Assembly (NCBI RefSeq): GCF_026571515.1
Contig: NW_026860481.1
Span: 248,001 to 312,000, forward strand
DNA length: 64,000 nucleotides
Origin: Ruditapes philippinarum
Taxonomy: Eukaryota
Reading direction: 5' to 3'
Shown: in pieces, positions 26,065 through 39,872 of the stretch
Numbering within the stretch: the first letter of the stretch is position 1
Layout: each line of letters starts with the position of its first letter
Notes under the pieces: model-generated
What the model saw: only the letters and a program-made list of their open reading frames with translations
Told to the model about the DNA's origin: nothing
Database searches by the model: none
Program-made: the position numbers and the translations under genes

Positions 26065-26964
26065 GATAGAAAATAGTTGGTTATCTTTATCAAATATATT
26101 ACAACAGACAATTTCAAGACTTAATTTCAATTTTCAAATCTTTTAATGTTAAAACAAATATCAATTCCGAATTTTGTTATTTAAAAAATCTAAATTCTCT
26201 ATAATGAATATTGTAGTTTATTTGCAAGGAGAATACTATTGTTATATGCTCTGTTGTTCTATGTACATGTATGTTTCATTGTTATTGTTGAAAACTTTTT
26301 GGAATTTATTGTTCAACTGAATAGGAAAAGGGAGAAAAACATATCTACATTATTATTCCAATTGTTACATGCATTGATATTGAAAATATTTACAAAAGAT
26401 TTGTTATGTCTGATATTATTTATTCATATAAATTTTGGATTAATCTCATTATTTTGAATATATATATTATCTACTTGCTTTATAATAATAGTCTGTTCAA
26501 ATTCCCCAATAGCATCATAGTTATTCTAGTAACTGTCAACAAACCAAAAGGTCATATGCCATGTTTACTTATTGAATACTTAAGTAATGTTGTGTAATAC
26601 CTCACTCTGACTTTGCATGTGTTAGTGTGAGTGTGTGGGTGTGTTTGTGTATGTGAGCCCATTTGACTATATTTGTTTGTATTGATTGTTAATTTGTTTA
26701 TTATATGTGTTTATTTGTATATTGATGATTTGTTTATTTACTTGTTTCTTTATAAAGGTTTTGAATAGATTTGTATAGTAGGTGCTCAAATATGCAGGCA
26801 TTAGTCTTATAATACTTTGTGTAATAAATCATGGCAAATTTGTTTGTATGTACATAGGGTTGTCTGTTACAACGTCTGTCTGTATATTATTTTCTTTGTA
26901 GTATTTTTTCTTTGACTCTTTAAGACCCCATGTTTATCCCAATCATGATACTGAGAGTATATAT
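23499..26964 (+). mobile_element. RTE-X-like non-LTR retrotransposon, 5'-truncated, with ~900-bp 3' UTR
   Basis: Contains the RT ORF above. Candidate 9-bp TSD AATACATAG (23490-23498) / AATACCTAG (26965-26973). The 3' end CCCATGTTT..ACTGAGAGT resembles the tails at 28250 and 61650. Clade assigned from recalled motifs. Confidence 0.85.
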
Positions 26965-27859
26965 AATACCTAGTCATTGCTAAAGATAACTGTGGATATT
27001 CATATGATAATTTTCAAAAACTCTGAAGTTGTTTCCCCTAGTGATGATGACGAAATAAACATGATAAAAACATGTATATTATAACATCAGCTTAAGAAAT
27101 GAAATAAAAAGAAAACAAAATATCATAAAATCGAGATTTGACCATATGTCTATACATGTATTAAAAATCAATCATGCATAATATATTAAAAGTCTTCCAT
27201 GTAGCTCTTTTTTTTTTTTTCGTTTCGCAAACAGAGCTACGTAGGACACGTTTTTAAGATATTATATACTGTATGTTAATACCTTACAAAAATTATATAA
27301 GTAAGCACTCTTAAAGGCTTTCGCTTTTTACTCTCTTTAAGAGTACTGTCAAACAAACAATTGCTATGTCAGTAATATGCACGAATAAAACAACTTCATA
27401 GTTCACTATTTGTTATATTTGTATGATTATTTATGTTTGTAAGCAATATATACTATTCTATAACTAAAACACTGTCAATAACATTGAATAATTGATCGAT
27501 GAAATGAGTCGGTATCTCATGTAATAACTTAACTTCTTCGTTTAAAAATACATGCATATGTTATATTCTCAAGAACTTTGGCTAACCTAAAATGACGCAG
27601 GGAAATATGAAAACAAAGATCTACTCACAAAGTAAGGTCAGCCTAGACATCCCTCTCCAATTACGATAATCCACTTTTATTCGAATGAAAAACAACGCAC
27701 AAAATACATTACAAATAAACAAGTTTGAATATCTTCTTGAAATTATAACATTAAATTGAATATTCCATTCAAAATTAATGTCACTTAAACGTCACGTATC
27801 TTTTATTTATTCTTTTGTTCTCAAAATTTCTTATTTATTCACACCTGAAATAAACACGA

Positions 27860-28000
27860 TGTGTCAATCAGTACGAAAACTCATGTACTTGGGGCGGTGA
27901 TAAAAATAAACCAATCAGAGAGAATACCGAAACGAAATTCCCCTAACCACGTGATCTATTTTTAGGATAGGCCATCTGTCAATCAAATGCCCCTTTGAAA
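27860..28000. promoter_or_regulatory. Dense cluster of TF-like motifs (promoter, enhancer or TE interior)
   Basis: TGTCAATCA twice, GGGGCGG, CCAATCAG, CACGTG and CCTTTGAA within 140 bp of AT-rich DNA. Confidence 0.3.
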
Positions 28001-28199
28001 AGTTATTGAGTGCATTTCCCACGGTTTATGCAATTAGACTACTTTTTTTTCTTTTCGATCGAACGGTACTAAACATCTATTTATTACTTATTTATTATTA
28101 TTTTGTTAAATAAACGCAAACTAAAAAAACTATATTTTTTAAATAGGATATATCAGCTTACAAACATAAATCTATATTGTTGTCCTCTATGTTATATAC

Positions 28200-28312
28200 C
28201 TATTTTTCATAGTGACCTATTTCTTTCTTTTATATGTTTACATATTTGATTTGCTCATGTTTTTGTACATTATACAAACTGAGTGTTATTGTAAATAAAA
28301 TTGAAATTGAAA
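28200..28312 (+). mobile_element. Short LINE 3'-end fragment
   Basis: CTCATGTTTTTGTA..AAACTGAG..AATAAAATTGAAATTGAAA; the same tail is on the minus strand at 61611-61680. Confidence 0.55.
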
Positions 28313-28384
28313 AAGTCCACAAGATCTTTATTTTAGAAACAGTATTGTACTAATCAAAATGTTTTTGTGATGATCATACTTTTC

Positions 28385-28593
28385 AAATGGCGATCTGGTA
28401 ACCATCACTTTGCCAACTTTGTATTATTCACGCTATTTATATGTCATAAAATGACACAAGCTGGTTTTATCAGACATAACTCCTCGTTAACTATCGTTAG
28501 ATAGGTTGGCTGTTTACAATATGAAAGACGGGAAAATTCCACGTAATTGTTGTATATTACTGTCATTATGATACCTACTAGGAATACGTAAGT
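28385..28593 (+). promoter_or_regulatory. Module copy D2 (promoter, first exon, donor)
   Basis: CATAAAA at 28445, TCAGAC at 28470, ATG at 28568, TAC|GTAAGT at 28588; clear alignment to 11685-11884. Confidence 0.5.
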
Positions 28594-29789
28594 TTACGTG
28601 AATAAATTATATACTGTGTTTGTTGAAAAATATTATTCTATTTTGCTAACAAGATACTCATACTTATACGCTTCAGTTTGAGTCTATACTGTATGATCTT
28701 ATATCCATATTTGCCTATAATAAGAAAACGCGATTATTTGTTAATATTTTCTTACATTTTAATATTTTAAGTATTATATCATTAAGTTGATATGCAAATG
28801 TTATTTTATTTAAAATACCGGCTCATTAGACATATCTAAGTTAATATTAATTTTTTTGCTTGTGTTTATATAAGTTTGTATAAACTATTTTCGTCAACGT
28901 AAATGAATATATAATAAAAGAATGAATTTGCCTAATTGCATTTTAAAAACAACCTATGGCACTGAATAAAATAAGTTCTTATATTTCTGGACAATTCACT
29001 CATTCTCAAGAATTGAACTGACTTCGGGTCAATTTTTGCTATATCATTTTTGAACGAAATAAAATCGAACCATTTAACTATGTGAAGTAACACACCGCTC
29101 ATGTTTAATAAAAACAACTAACAAACGGGGAAAAAACGAGTGCACCTGTAACCTTTTTATTATTTCTTTTTATGACAATTTTCTAATGAATAAAATGACA
29201 GTGGCAGTAACTGATTAACAATAAAACATTCTCGTAAACCGCCATGACGATACCTCAATCAATCGAATGTTAAATTAGTGTCTGGAAATTTATTAAGTGT
29301 ATTTATTGATTAATTATAATTAAAAGCAATTCATTTAACCGTTATGTGTGCAAAATGATGTTGCATTTTGCACCTGTAATAACTTTTGATAAGATAGCTG
29401 TATAAATAACAACGAAGTAGTTTGTACTCATATCAAAAAAATGTTTACCTATCTATTGGGAAACAGGAGAAATAAATTCATGGCAAGCACTTTCTTCTAA
29501 TTTTATATCCTAATATAAAGCGATATTTTGATCAAATAAATCGCCATGTACGCAACATTATTCAGTTTCAAAAAACTAATGATAAAGAAAAATGCTTTAA
29601 AAGTTGAGCTTGAAAAGCACCGTTTTCTCTTACTCCTAAGCACTTTCAATTACATTTCGACTGTTAGAAACAAGCAATTATGTGAACACGTCAACATAGC
29701 ATTAAGACATTAATATCATTAACAAATTTTTATTTTGTCCTCAGGAAAGGTTTTTGTGAAAACAAAATTTCAACCTACATACTTTCCTT

Positions 29790-30045
29790 AGATCTGTCGA
29801 AGGATGTTCGTCAATTTAACTTTGAACAGCATCCTAACCATTTATCTTGAAAACATTGATGAAATAAAGCAGGGAAAGTTTCTGTTAACAAAACAATGCT
29901 ATATATATATGCTTAAAAAACCCGAAATAGTTTGGCTCTGATGAAGTATATTCGTCAATTTCGCTTTGAACAGCATCTCCTACCAAGCATCTGCAAATCA
30001 TTGATGAAAGAAGGCTTGGATGATTTTTGTAAACAAAAACAATAT
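29790..30045. repeat. Degenerate ~143-bp tandem dimer
   Basis: TTCGTCAATTT..CTTTGAACAGCATC..ACCA..CATTGATGAAA occurs at ~29807 and ~29951. Confidence 0.7.
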
Positions 30046-32659
30046 GATCTTCATGACTGAAAACCTGAAATAGCATTAAACATTAACCTGCTGAATTCCT
30101 TAAATAAACCTGTCTAATTTCCATTTTATCTGATCAATTTTGGGTGTATCAAGATGATAAATTAAAGTTTTACAGCATAAAGCAGATGAACAAATTACCT
30201 TAGACGGTTAAAGTGTGTAAATACTTTTAAGAATATTCGGCAGATTTGGCAGATTTTGATAAACACAAAGGAACTGGTCACATTTTCACTGGTCATGTTC
30301 TCAATGGATCTTCTCTGTACAGAATTATGATAATCTACTTGTCTTAAGTAGTATATAATAACCATTGTTCTTTGTGTGGAAGCAAATATATCATTGCATA
30401 ATTATGATGAATCATCGTGGTCAATAAGTTCTGAATATTAACATTCCTCATTTTAAGGCTAGTACCCCAAACAAACAAAACAATCAATTTGGAATAATTT
30501 CAAGCATTGATTAAGTGATTTGAAATGTCGCTGGTATTAGTTTTACTGTCCTTATTAGATAATAAATCATTCGATATCGACATAAATTGCATAGCAATTT
30601 GCAACACATACTTCCATTAACAATAATTATCAAAATTAAATGTTTTCAAACAACTATATCGATATTGCATAAAGATAATTAATCTAAAAATGTATTGCTT
30701 TATAGTTCAATATGACGATAATTATGTAAACTTAACCAGTTATGAAGTTGTTAATTATAGAAAAAAAATAATTGAACAAGACAAGACAATGCAATCTTAT
30801 AGCAGGTGAGACGAAACAATTGAAATTGCTTTGTAACAGCTTCACGATTTATTAATAGTTTATTTGTCAATATCATTTGCATGTAATCTTCTTTTGGAGT
30901 GTTGAAAGCAACTTGACTTTCTTGATTAAAAAAATGAAACTTTTTTTCGAAGTTTTATGTCAATTATATGGAATATTATACAAATATTAATGCACCGAAT
31001 TATAATTATTCTGCATGTGTAACCACAAAGATCCATGTAATCTGTAAGAATGGAATGACAATTGTAATAAGAAAATAAACGAATTTTATTAAGTCTCAGT
31101 CATAATTTGCTTGTCACATTAAATGTGTTATTAGTTAAACATGTATTCGAAATTTCCATTTTCATAAGGATACCAAGTTTTGCAAGATGCATTGGTCATA
31201 ACAAATACTTTTGTAAGCTTATGTATAATTCATGTTATAATTCAGTCATAAATGACATGAGCTTGTTTTATGAGAAGACGTGTCTCGTATTGTATCATTA
31301 GTCCAACCATTTACAGGATGTAAATGCGTCATGAACCTAGATTTTTACTTTACAAACAGTTACTTTTCTTCCGCTGTGGTCGTTTTATTTACAATAAATA
31401 ATGTCAGTATTATACATAATAAGAAAACATATGGAAGTAATCAGTACAGCATTATTACATGTAACTAAATTGCTTTTAGAATATGTTTTTTTAATGCAAT
31501 GTACACATAACACTTAATATGGCGATTAAATGGTAGGGTAAATACGATTATTGTATTATTACACAGTCGCTTAGTTTTATACTTTACTTCTCCTAAGAAG
31601 TTTTTAAGAAGCAATAAAAACATACTGCGATTTCTTGTTTAAAAAGATTTTATTTGTGTAATAGACATAGCACGTATGTTCTTGAATTTCTAAACTTTCC
31701 ATTTAAAGACGGTACCGCCAATAAACCTATTAAACATTTGCCGTCTTGGGCGGCCTAAAGTTTTTCTTCTATGTCTTTGCTTTTGGAAAACTTGATACAT
31801 AAATACATACTTGATTCAGAAAAAAATGCAATCACTCTGTAAACCTTAAAGTGCAATTTCAAATGTAAACTAAAATTTTCAAATGTACGAGCTAAACGCA
31901 TAAGACGTATTTCTAACGGTGCTATTCTCAGAATTCTTTTTTGAATGAGGCTAATAATTGAATTTGGGGAAGGTATCAGCTATATTTTGATTTGCCGTTT
32001 ATCCATATATTAAAATAAAGCATCTGTTGATATAAAACTGAAACGTATTTTCCCATAAAATAGAAAAAATAAATCTAGAAATTTGAAAAAAGATATACTT
32101 TCTAAATCGGTCCTCATTTCAACTTGAACAAAATGATGTTTTACACAAAGCGATTCTTATTATAGGTTTGCCGTGCATTGAGAGGAACAAAAATTATGCA
32201 AATCTGTACAGGTTTTAAACGATACCATGATAATAGTTACTAAAATGTAATGATAACAAAGCATATTTGATAAATAAAATGACTACAATCAACTATGAAT
32301 ATAATTCCATTATCATTTTACTTATAATCGTTATGTCCGTCCATTTACCCCTGTTTATTGAAATTAAATAAAGACTGTCTACATAATATACAAGTAATGA
32401 AATCAATTACAATGATGACAGATTGAAAGTGTACGTGATGTTAACATCACTGAATTCCTAGTGGAAGAAGCAGGTTATATTTTGGGCAGATTAAGTTTTT
32501 TTATCCTAACCACTTTTAATTATAATATATATTTTTTTGTTCTATGATTATTGGAATAGTCAATCTTCTAAGATATGTGACTGATTTAGTCTTTTTACTT
32601 GGCAACGAGAAAATGAGCATAATGTCACTTTATATATCTGCTATTTTATGTAAATCTCA

Positions 32660-35600
32660 ATAGCCTATCAAACTGTAATTTTCCAAACAACTTTAAAAGG
32701 AAATTAATCATTAAAACTTCTCGCTTTTCTTGAATTATAATTTTACCTAACTTGTTTCAATAATTGGCGGTATTTGCATTTGAAAGCCTTTCTTTCGTCG
32801 GATTCACACTTTCCCGACTGTATCCAATTAATTTACCATGAATCTCAAATTATTATAGTGCGTTCCAATGTTGGGACAACCGTTTCTATAATAGAGAAAA
32901 TGATGTATAGAATAATAATTTGACATATTAACAATAAGAACCAATAGACTCTTCCTAAACCGTGGCTGATTAATTGAAAACAAGAAAAACGGTAGTTTGT
33001 ATAAATGTCAACTAGATACTTTTCAAATAATAAATATACTTTTTGTTTAAATAAACATTTTCTTTCTAGACTCGGAATTTTACGAAGATTAACAATTGGA
33101 TATATGATAAAATATGTACAATAATAAATATTGTGATGCTTTGAACTTTGTGTTTTGAATACTTAACAGCTGAAATAAACGTTGTAAGAATTTTTAAAAT
33201 AATATGAATGTTCGTAAAAATATCGATGTTTGACATTTACAGTATCACTGACTGTAAGAAGAAAAACAAACAAAAATGTCCTCTATTTGAAAAATAACAA
33301 CAAAATAACAACAACAAAAAACAACAACAACAACAAACAACATCATGTATGAAAAAATTGGGACTATATGTATAAGTGACAACAGTCAGCTGACATAATT
33401 CTCAACTTCATTGTTTTATATTCCGAATTCACTATTCAAAAAGGATTCTTTAGCTAAGGCAGTGACATAGAGGTGCAAATATTGTTAAGAGATACTTAAA
33501 AGGGATTTTTTGTCCATCAAGATGTACATATATCACTTAAATGTATCTATAATGTACAATCAAAGTAAAAACTGCTAGAGTCTTATTCTCTTCAATAAGA
33601 TAGAACGTTCTTAGAAATAACTAACATTTCCTTTTGGACAGTTTGATAATTATTCTAAATGTGGTAAATTCACGACAAATACGTTTCAATATTAGAATAG
33701 ATTAACACAATTCAATTTTAACACTTAGGTAAATATTTAATGTCTAGTAGCATTTAACTAATATATACAGGCTTCCAACTGATACAAGGTGAAAGAATAA
33801 CTTCAAAAGCCTTTCAAATGAAGCCAAGCAAATTATTTTTTCTGGTTACTTTAAAAGGAAATTGTCATAGTATTTATTCAGAATGCTATGCTTTTTTTGA
33901 TGTAAGTAAATGAACAACATCCATCCTCAATGTATTGTCTTTCGTATGATAATTTCTATTACTCAAAGATGTGTGAAAAGTGACCAATAATGGAACACAA
34001 GTAGGTCTCTTGTATTACCAGACATACTATTATGTATAATTCATTGCTCAGTAAATCATTTTTATTTGCCATTTGTTCTTATTCAGATAAAATCATTTTC
34101 TAATTTTGTTTCTTTGGACACGACTCAAAACAATAAGATAATCTATTTTTGCTTCAACCTAGTTTTCAGTCAAAGAAACGTACTCATATTTTCATATTTT
34201 GTTTGCTGCTAAATCTTATTCAAATATACATTTTATTATCACAAAATGTTTAGAAAAAAGGAGAAAAACTACCTCTATGTAGCACGTTAGTAATTGATCA
34301 AATGAAATGTAATAACATGCAGTTTATAATGTTTAAAATATTTACTTTTTATTGATATCTTGACAAATGCTGAATGGCATTAGTAACGTTTTTTATTTCT
34401 TATATAGTTGTTAACAATACATTGAACGTTATAATCATAAAAACACATGTTTTGTTTGTACATCTGGATGTTAAAGAAAATAATAGTTTGGTGCTAATCA
34501 TATACAAGTAGTTAAGCTTTGACTTGGAACCAAATGGAAACAAACAACCAGAGGATTGACAGTGTTCAATGCATTCAACATGTGAAAAAAGGGATAAAAA
34601 CATTTTGACTGTCAGTGTTATACGTCAAAAGTTAAATTAAATTTAAATTTAAAGCAAGGTTTGTGCTATAAAGGTTATTAATAAATAAAATTCAAGAAAT
34701 AGGACTGGGTAAATAAGACATATTTCAAACACGAAATATATAATTATTGATGACATTCTTGGACACTGTAGGTTACCAGATTAATGATAAAACTTTACAA
34801 TCAATGGGAAGCCTTGAATCTAGTAACATTGCAATTTACGCAACTAAGATTAAACTTTCCTACTATTAACCGACATCCAACCTGAATCTGAAATGAAATA
34901 GGATAGTTATAAAATTGTCCTCTGTTTCATTTTGTTCCCACGTTAGTATTGGAAACAATTATCTGACTTTCTATTGCGTTATGCTGAATTGTTAAACCAG
35001 ATGAAGATTTAGTTTTGTGTAGGTCGTACATTATCGACAGTTAAACATATTAAACAGTTTATTTCTCTCTCTAAATTTATGTCTAATCTAAGATGTTCTA
35101 TCCAATTTTGCACCATTTTTATTTCTCCAGTGTCTGGTTTAAGCATATTGGGCCGTGTCAGTATTAACTTGTTTCTCTTATTTCTTCAGTTAATATCACT
35201 TACTTGTAAATGACTTGTGACAAATTTCATTCACTGAATCGAGACATTTCAGATACTATACTGGCTACAGCAAGTGATAAAACAACTAGGATTAAGTAAT
35301 GAAATGACACAACCGTAAAAACTTTGTTTTAGATAAACAGATTCGGAAACACATAAGTTGTAAATGCACAGGCACAATCTTATAATTTAAAGTATTGTCC
35401 AGTCACTGGAATAAATCTTCATTGTTTTTGCTTTAAGTATATATTTTATTTATTTTTTGATGTATGTAACCATTGAAGCAGTTCAAACAGTTTATAGGAG
35501 ATGTGCAACGGTTACATTGATTAAATGTGCCTAAATATAACTGATGTAATATTTATGATTTAAGTTGCGGGTGTATGCCATGTGAATATCAAAGTCATAA

Positions 35601-38110
35601 TCACTAAATGTTTTCTTGACCACCAAGCAGATTATGGTTTTGACTTTATACTTTATTTAAATATATGAAAATTACAGCTTACAAGGATCAAAAGTAAAAT
35701 TCATCGCATTAAAATCATTTAAATCATCCCATCAGTCAAACATGCCATAAAGTTTTGGAAAAAAACATCGTATCTTTTGTCATTTCCTCGACTGACATTG
35801 CATTACGTTTTTTTCCCTCTCTTTTCTTTATAATAATAAATTGTAATCGTGTGGAAGATTAAACAAATTATTGAATATCATAAAAGTCTATGAGGAATTG
35901 TATTTAGGATGTTTTTCCCTCCGCTTTGCTAGTTACATTAGATAAAAATATATTAGTACTTTGTAAGAACAGCTGCGTTTACAAAGTAGTACTAGGAGAA
36001 ATGTAGCAATAAATATAGGACGTGGCGCATAATTTAGCCAACTTCTTTTCATTCGTGCGCATTTGGTTTTGGAGAGAAAATATTAATTGAGATGAATGCG
36101 TGAAATGTAATATATTATTCATTTTGACCATCTGCTATGACGATGCTCGTGTATCTTAACGGTAAACAATGATTATTTTTAGTGTGTGTCAGAAACAAGG
36201 TTAATACATCCTTAACGGTCTTCTGGAATTGGTCCGTCTTGTTTTTTACTTTCACTTTATTCTTGAATATGCTCGACATTTTTCAATTCACAACAAATAC
36301 CAAACTCTTTTAGAATTATGAATTTCAGGCGTATTGCATTCCTTTTGCGATTCGTACCTTGTGGTGCTCAAGTTACTTATCTCGCAAGTTCTTCTTTCAG
36401 AAACAAGTTAGACCCAAGTAAAAACCGCGTCTTTTGATAATTAAGTACTTCAACGTGAGAGTGCGCGCGCGCGTGTGTATGTGTGTGTGTTGGGGGTTAT
36501 TTACAAATCACTAAGGCAAAGGCATACATAGTAATTTAATCTCGGTACCATGTATACACTGTGGAGTAACTGCACTTTGTACAATTTATTTATAGCAGTA
36601 ATACACGCTATTGCCTTCCTATCATTACCATAGAGTTCTATATCATTTGTAAGAATGACAGGAACGAATTATTGAATAAACTAGAAAACAGTATAAATTA
36701 AATAAACGCTACCTTGATTTTTACCGACAGTTGTGCAAATGAATGAGCAATTGAATAATATGATTTAAATAACCGAATCAAAGTGCGATGATACGACCAA
36801 TCATGAATCGGTATATTTGCCATTGTAGCTGATTATGTTAAGGTATTTGTGTGTGTTACAAACAATTTAATTTTTACATTTTTATACTATGATCATTGCG
36901 AATTCAAAATACTTTGGATCATCAACACTCAATTAGGGTTTAGTTACTTAATATGTGAATTATGTCGCCTGTATACACAAAGAAACAAAAAAAAAAGAGA
37001 AAAAACAAAAAACAGAGCAAACAGTAATTAATTATCAGAAGTTAGATTATCAAAATTACTTAATTAAAAGTAAAACGAAAAGAATCGAATAAATGGAAAA
37101 AGATAAATTCATATGAAATAATAAAGTTATGACATGAAATGAGTTTTAAATACATATCCATTTTTCTTTAAAATAGCAGGACACCACACTTACTTTGCGC
37201 AATTTTTGTTAAAACGCTAAAGGTATTTATCACGAATAACATCTATCCGCTATTAAAACATCTATAAAATAATCCGATTGGTGGCCTAATTGTGGGAACA
37301 TTGATATTATTATAAAAAAAAATGAATAAGCACCGACCTAGTTCACAGACAATAATTGATATTGATCATTGGTAGACATTACTTTTGCAAACATTTATCA
37401 TTTTAAAATCAAATTGTTTAATTTTCTCTCACTGACTTTTCCCGAAGAATTTAAATCTAGAACATGTTCATCCTTCAATCATTTCATTAATGAAGAAAAA
37501 ATAGTCTTCCACGATGTTAATCAAATTTATTACTTTACATCTAGAAGGATCGGTTAACAAATATCATTTACGATTTACTGTTACATCAGGTGAATGCATG
37601 TTTTTGTTTCTTTTACTGCTTTTACGACATAATAATACAATTTCGTGGTATGAATAATGCAAGACATTTGAATTTTATTAAGTTACACATATATGTTTCA
37701 TATGGCCAAAGGTGCCGATATAGGTCGTAGAGATGTATACTTAATATGTTTACTTTTCAATGACTGAGGGCATAGCTTGTGTCAGATATCATTGTTTACA
37801 CGCAAAAAGATGCATAATGTTTAGAAAACACGTGTTAAAATACCGGAATCATAATTATGTAAAGCAAAAGTACGCACAAGTGTTTCTTAGAACATTAAAG
37901 AGATTTAACATGACAAAATTAATCTAACATACTCACTTAAAGTCATTTTAATATTGTCTTAACAAAAAAAATACCAAATTGTTGTTTGCTTGCTTATTTG
38001 ATATTCATCTTAACCTTTACTTTTATGAATAAACATTTACACGTTATATAATCTGTAGAAAGCGAAGTCTAATTCTAATTTAACGATTTGGATCAATTGA
38101 TAAATTCAAA
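32660..38110. repeat. Segmental tandem duplication, unit 3 (partial, most diverged)
   Basis: Collinear matches to units 1 and 2; homology is not traceable by eye past ~38110. Confidence 0.82.
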
Positions 38111-38606
38111 ATATTATATCAGATAACAGTTTCATTCATAGCTTTTTAATTCTTACTATGATTACAAAAATAAGTAGAGTTATTTTAAAAAAAAGAACAC
38201 CCATAAACCTAAAACATGTTTATGACACAGCAACTGGGACTTCGAAAAAATACACGCTAGCATTAATCTGGTACCATGAAAAACAAATTCTTTTTGAGAT
38301 GTCAGAACAGTTTTATATGGATACTATTTATTTAAACTCTTTACATGCTTAATTTCTTTTTTTTTTATTTAGCATGTTGACATGTTAGCCAGTTTTAGCA
38401 TGTAAAAGCTACTTATTTCCAGAAACAACACAATTTAATGTCTAATTCTTGTAATATATGAAAACAATTCTTTCATTCAGATTCAAATTGTTATATTAAT
38501 GGCCACCTCTTCTCAAAAAGCATATACATTAATAGTTAAATAATAAATTCAAATATATGATAAATATGTGACAGCTAAACCCTAGTATGGATAACTGTGT
38601 GTTATT

Positions 38607-38831
38607 GAGAGCTGCGATATAGCCGAGTGGATAACACGTCAGACTAGTAATCTAAGAATTGCTGGTAGCGTGGGTTCAAACTCCTTAAATGGCAAACTGT
38701 TGTTTACGTGAGCAAGAAACTTTACACTCATTGCTTAGTAATGGTTGATTCCAGAGACGGATTCCAGGATATTTCAATAAGCGTACAGCTTCCAACACAA
38801 TCGAACTTAAATAAATTAGTATAAACTAAAC
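38607..38831 (+). mobile_element. tRNA-derived Meta-SINE (older copy)
   Basis: A box TAGCCGAGTGG, B box GGTTCAAACTC, Meta-like core GAGCAAGAAACTTTACACTCATTGCTTAGTA.TGGTTG.TTCCAG, tail AAACTAAAC. Confidence 0.88.
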
Positions 38832-39422
38832 CCGATATCAGTTATTCTTCCAGGAGAACATAAACATTTGCATTTTACATGTTTTAATTAAAGTTAGAAC
38901 AATAAATTTATTGAACTGTTTCGGAAGCATATTTCAGGGTAAATATAGAACGTTTGATTTAATTAACATTGTAGTAAATATACGGTTGTAATTTTCATGT
39001 AAACGACCATTTTATTTGAAAATAATTAGACAGGTACTGTCATTAGTAATTGTCTCAGTATCTTTATTGATAATGAAGAACCTTTAATTATTCAACCGTG
39101 AACAAATAGGTGATAAGGAAAATGCTATAAATTTTGTAAAATTGTATTGCCGGAGATGATTTAAATTCCTAATTGCATTAATTGATTCGATTCGGATCTT
39201 TTTCTACAAGTCATTATTCTAAGTTCTTCGTATTATCATCGTATATAGTGTATTATGTTTGGTATTATTTGTATGCAAAAATGCGAAATGTTGAGTATCA
39301 AAATGTCGTCTGCCTCTCCATATATTCCTTTCAGTTACGAGAAAGTAGTTAAGCTAAAGGTCACCTCACCAATGTTAACTATACTTCCAGCTTATATTAA
39401 CCTCACCATGATAGTATGTGTT

Positions 39423-39651
39423 AGTTTAGTTTATACAAATTTATTTTAGTTCGATTGTGTTGGAAGCTATAAGCTTATAGAAACACTCTCGAATCCGTTC
39501 CTGGAACCAACCAGTACTAAGCAATGAATGTAAAGTTTCTTGCTCAAGGAAACAACGGCTCCCCTTGACAGGGTTTGAACCCACGCGGTCAGCAATCCTT
39601 AATTAGATTACTAGTCCGACGCGTTAACCACTCGGCCACGCCGCCACTCCT
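39423..39651 (-). mobile_element. tRNA(Ser/Leu-like)-derived Meta-SINE, full length
   Basis: Minus strand: TGGCCGAGTGG A box, GGTTCAAACCC B box, CCTTGAGCAAGAAACTTTAC...TGCTTAGTACTGGTTGGTTCCAGGAACGGATTCGAG core, (AAACT)n tail. Perfect 11-bp TSD TAGTATGTGTT at 39412-39422 and 39652-39662. Confidence 0.95.
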
Positions 39652-39689
39652 TAGTATGTGTTGCTGGTCTGATAGAAGTATGAATCCCG

Positions 39690-39872
39690 TGAGTACCTAC
39701 CAATGTCATGCACATTCAATCACATTTGATCTCCATTCATAACGGCGACATGGTTTCATCTTTAGCACGTTTTGATAAAAAATGCACTAAAATGACTTAT
39801 TCTGGAGCCGATGGATAACAGTACAAACATGTGTAAAACTAACGGAAACACTGGTTTGATTTTGACAAGAAT
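39690..39872 (-). other. Module copy D5 (inverted paralogue of 53650-53816)
   Basis: The reverse complement shares GTTTCCGTTAGTTTTAC.CATG and TCGCCGTTATGAATG.AG with 53677-53790, with a donor-like GTAGGT/GTACTC at ~39700. Confidence 0.55.

Larger units (their letters stand above)
16530..32650. repeat. Segmental tandem duplication, unit 2 of 3 (carries the LINE insertion)
   Basis: See the block list for unit 1. In addition, 16530-16700 matches 32660-32820 and 19990-20820 matches 37325-38100. Confidence 0.88.

Noticed and set aside
38607-39651. tRNA-Ser/Leu genes
   Set aside because: The A/B boxes are SINE heads: no closed acceptor stem, and they are followed by the Meta core, a tail and (in one copy) a TSD.
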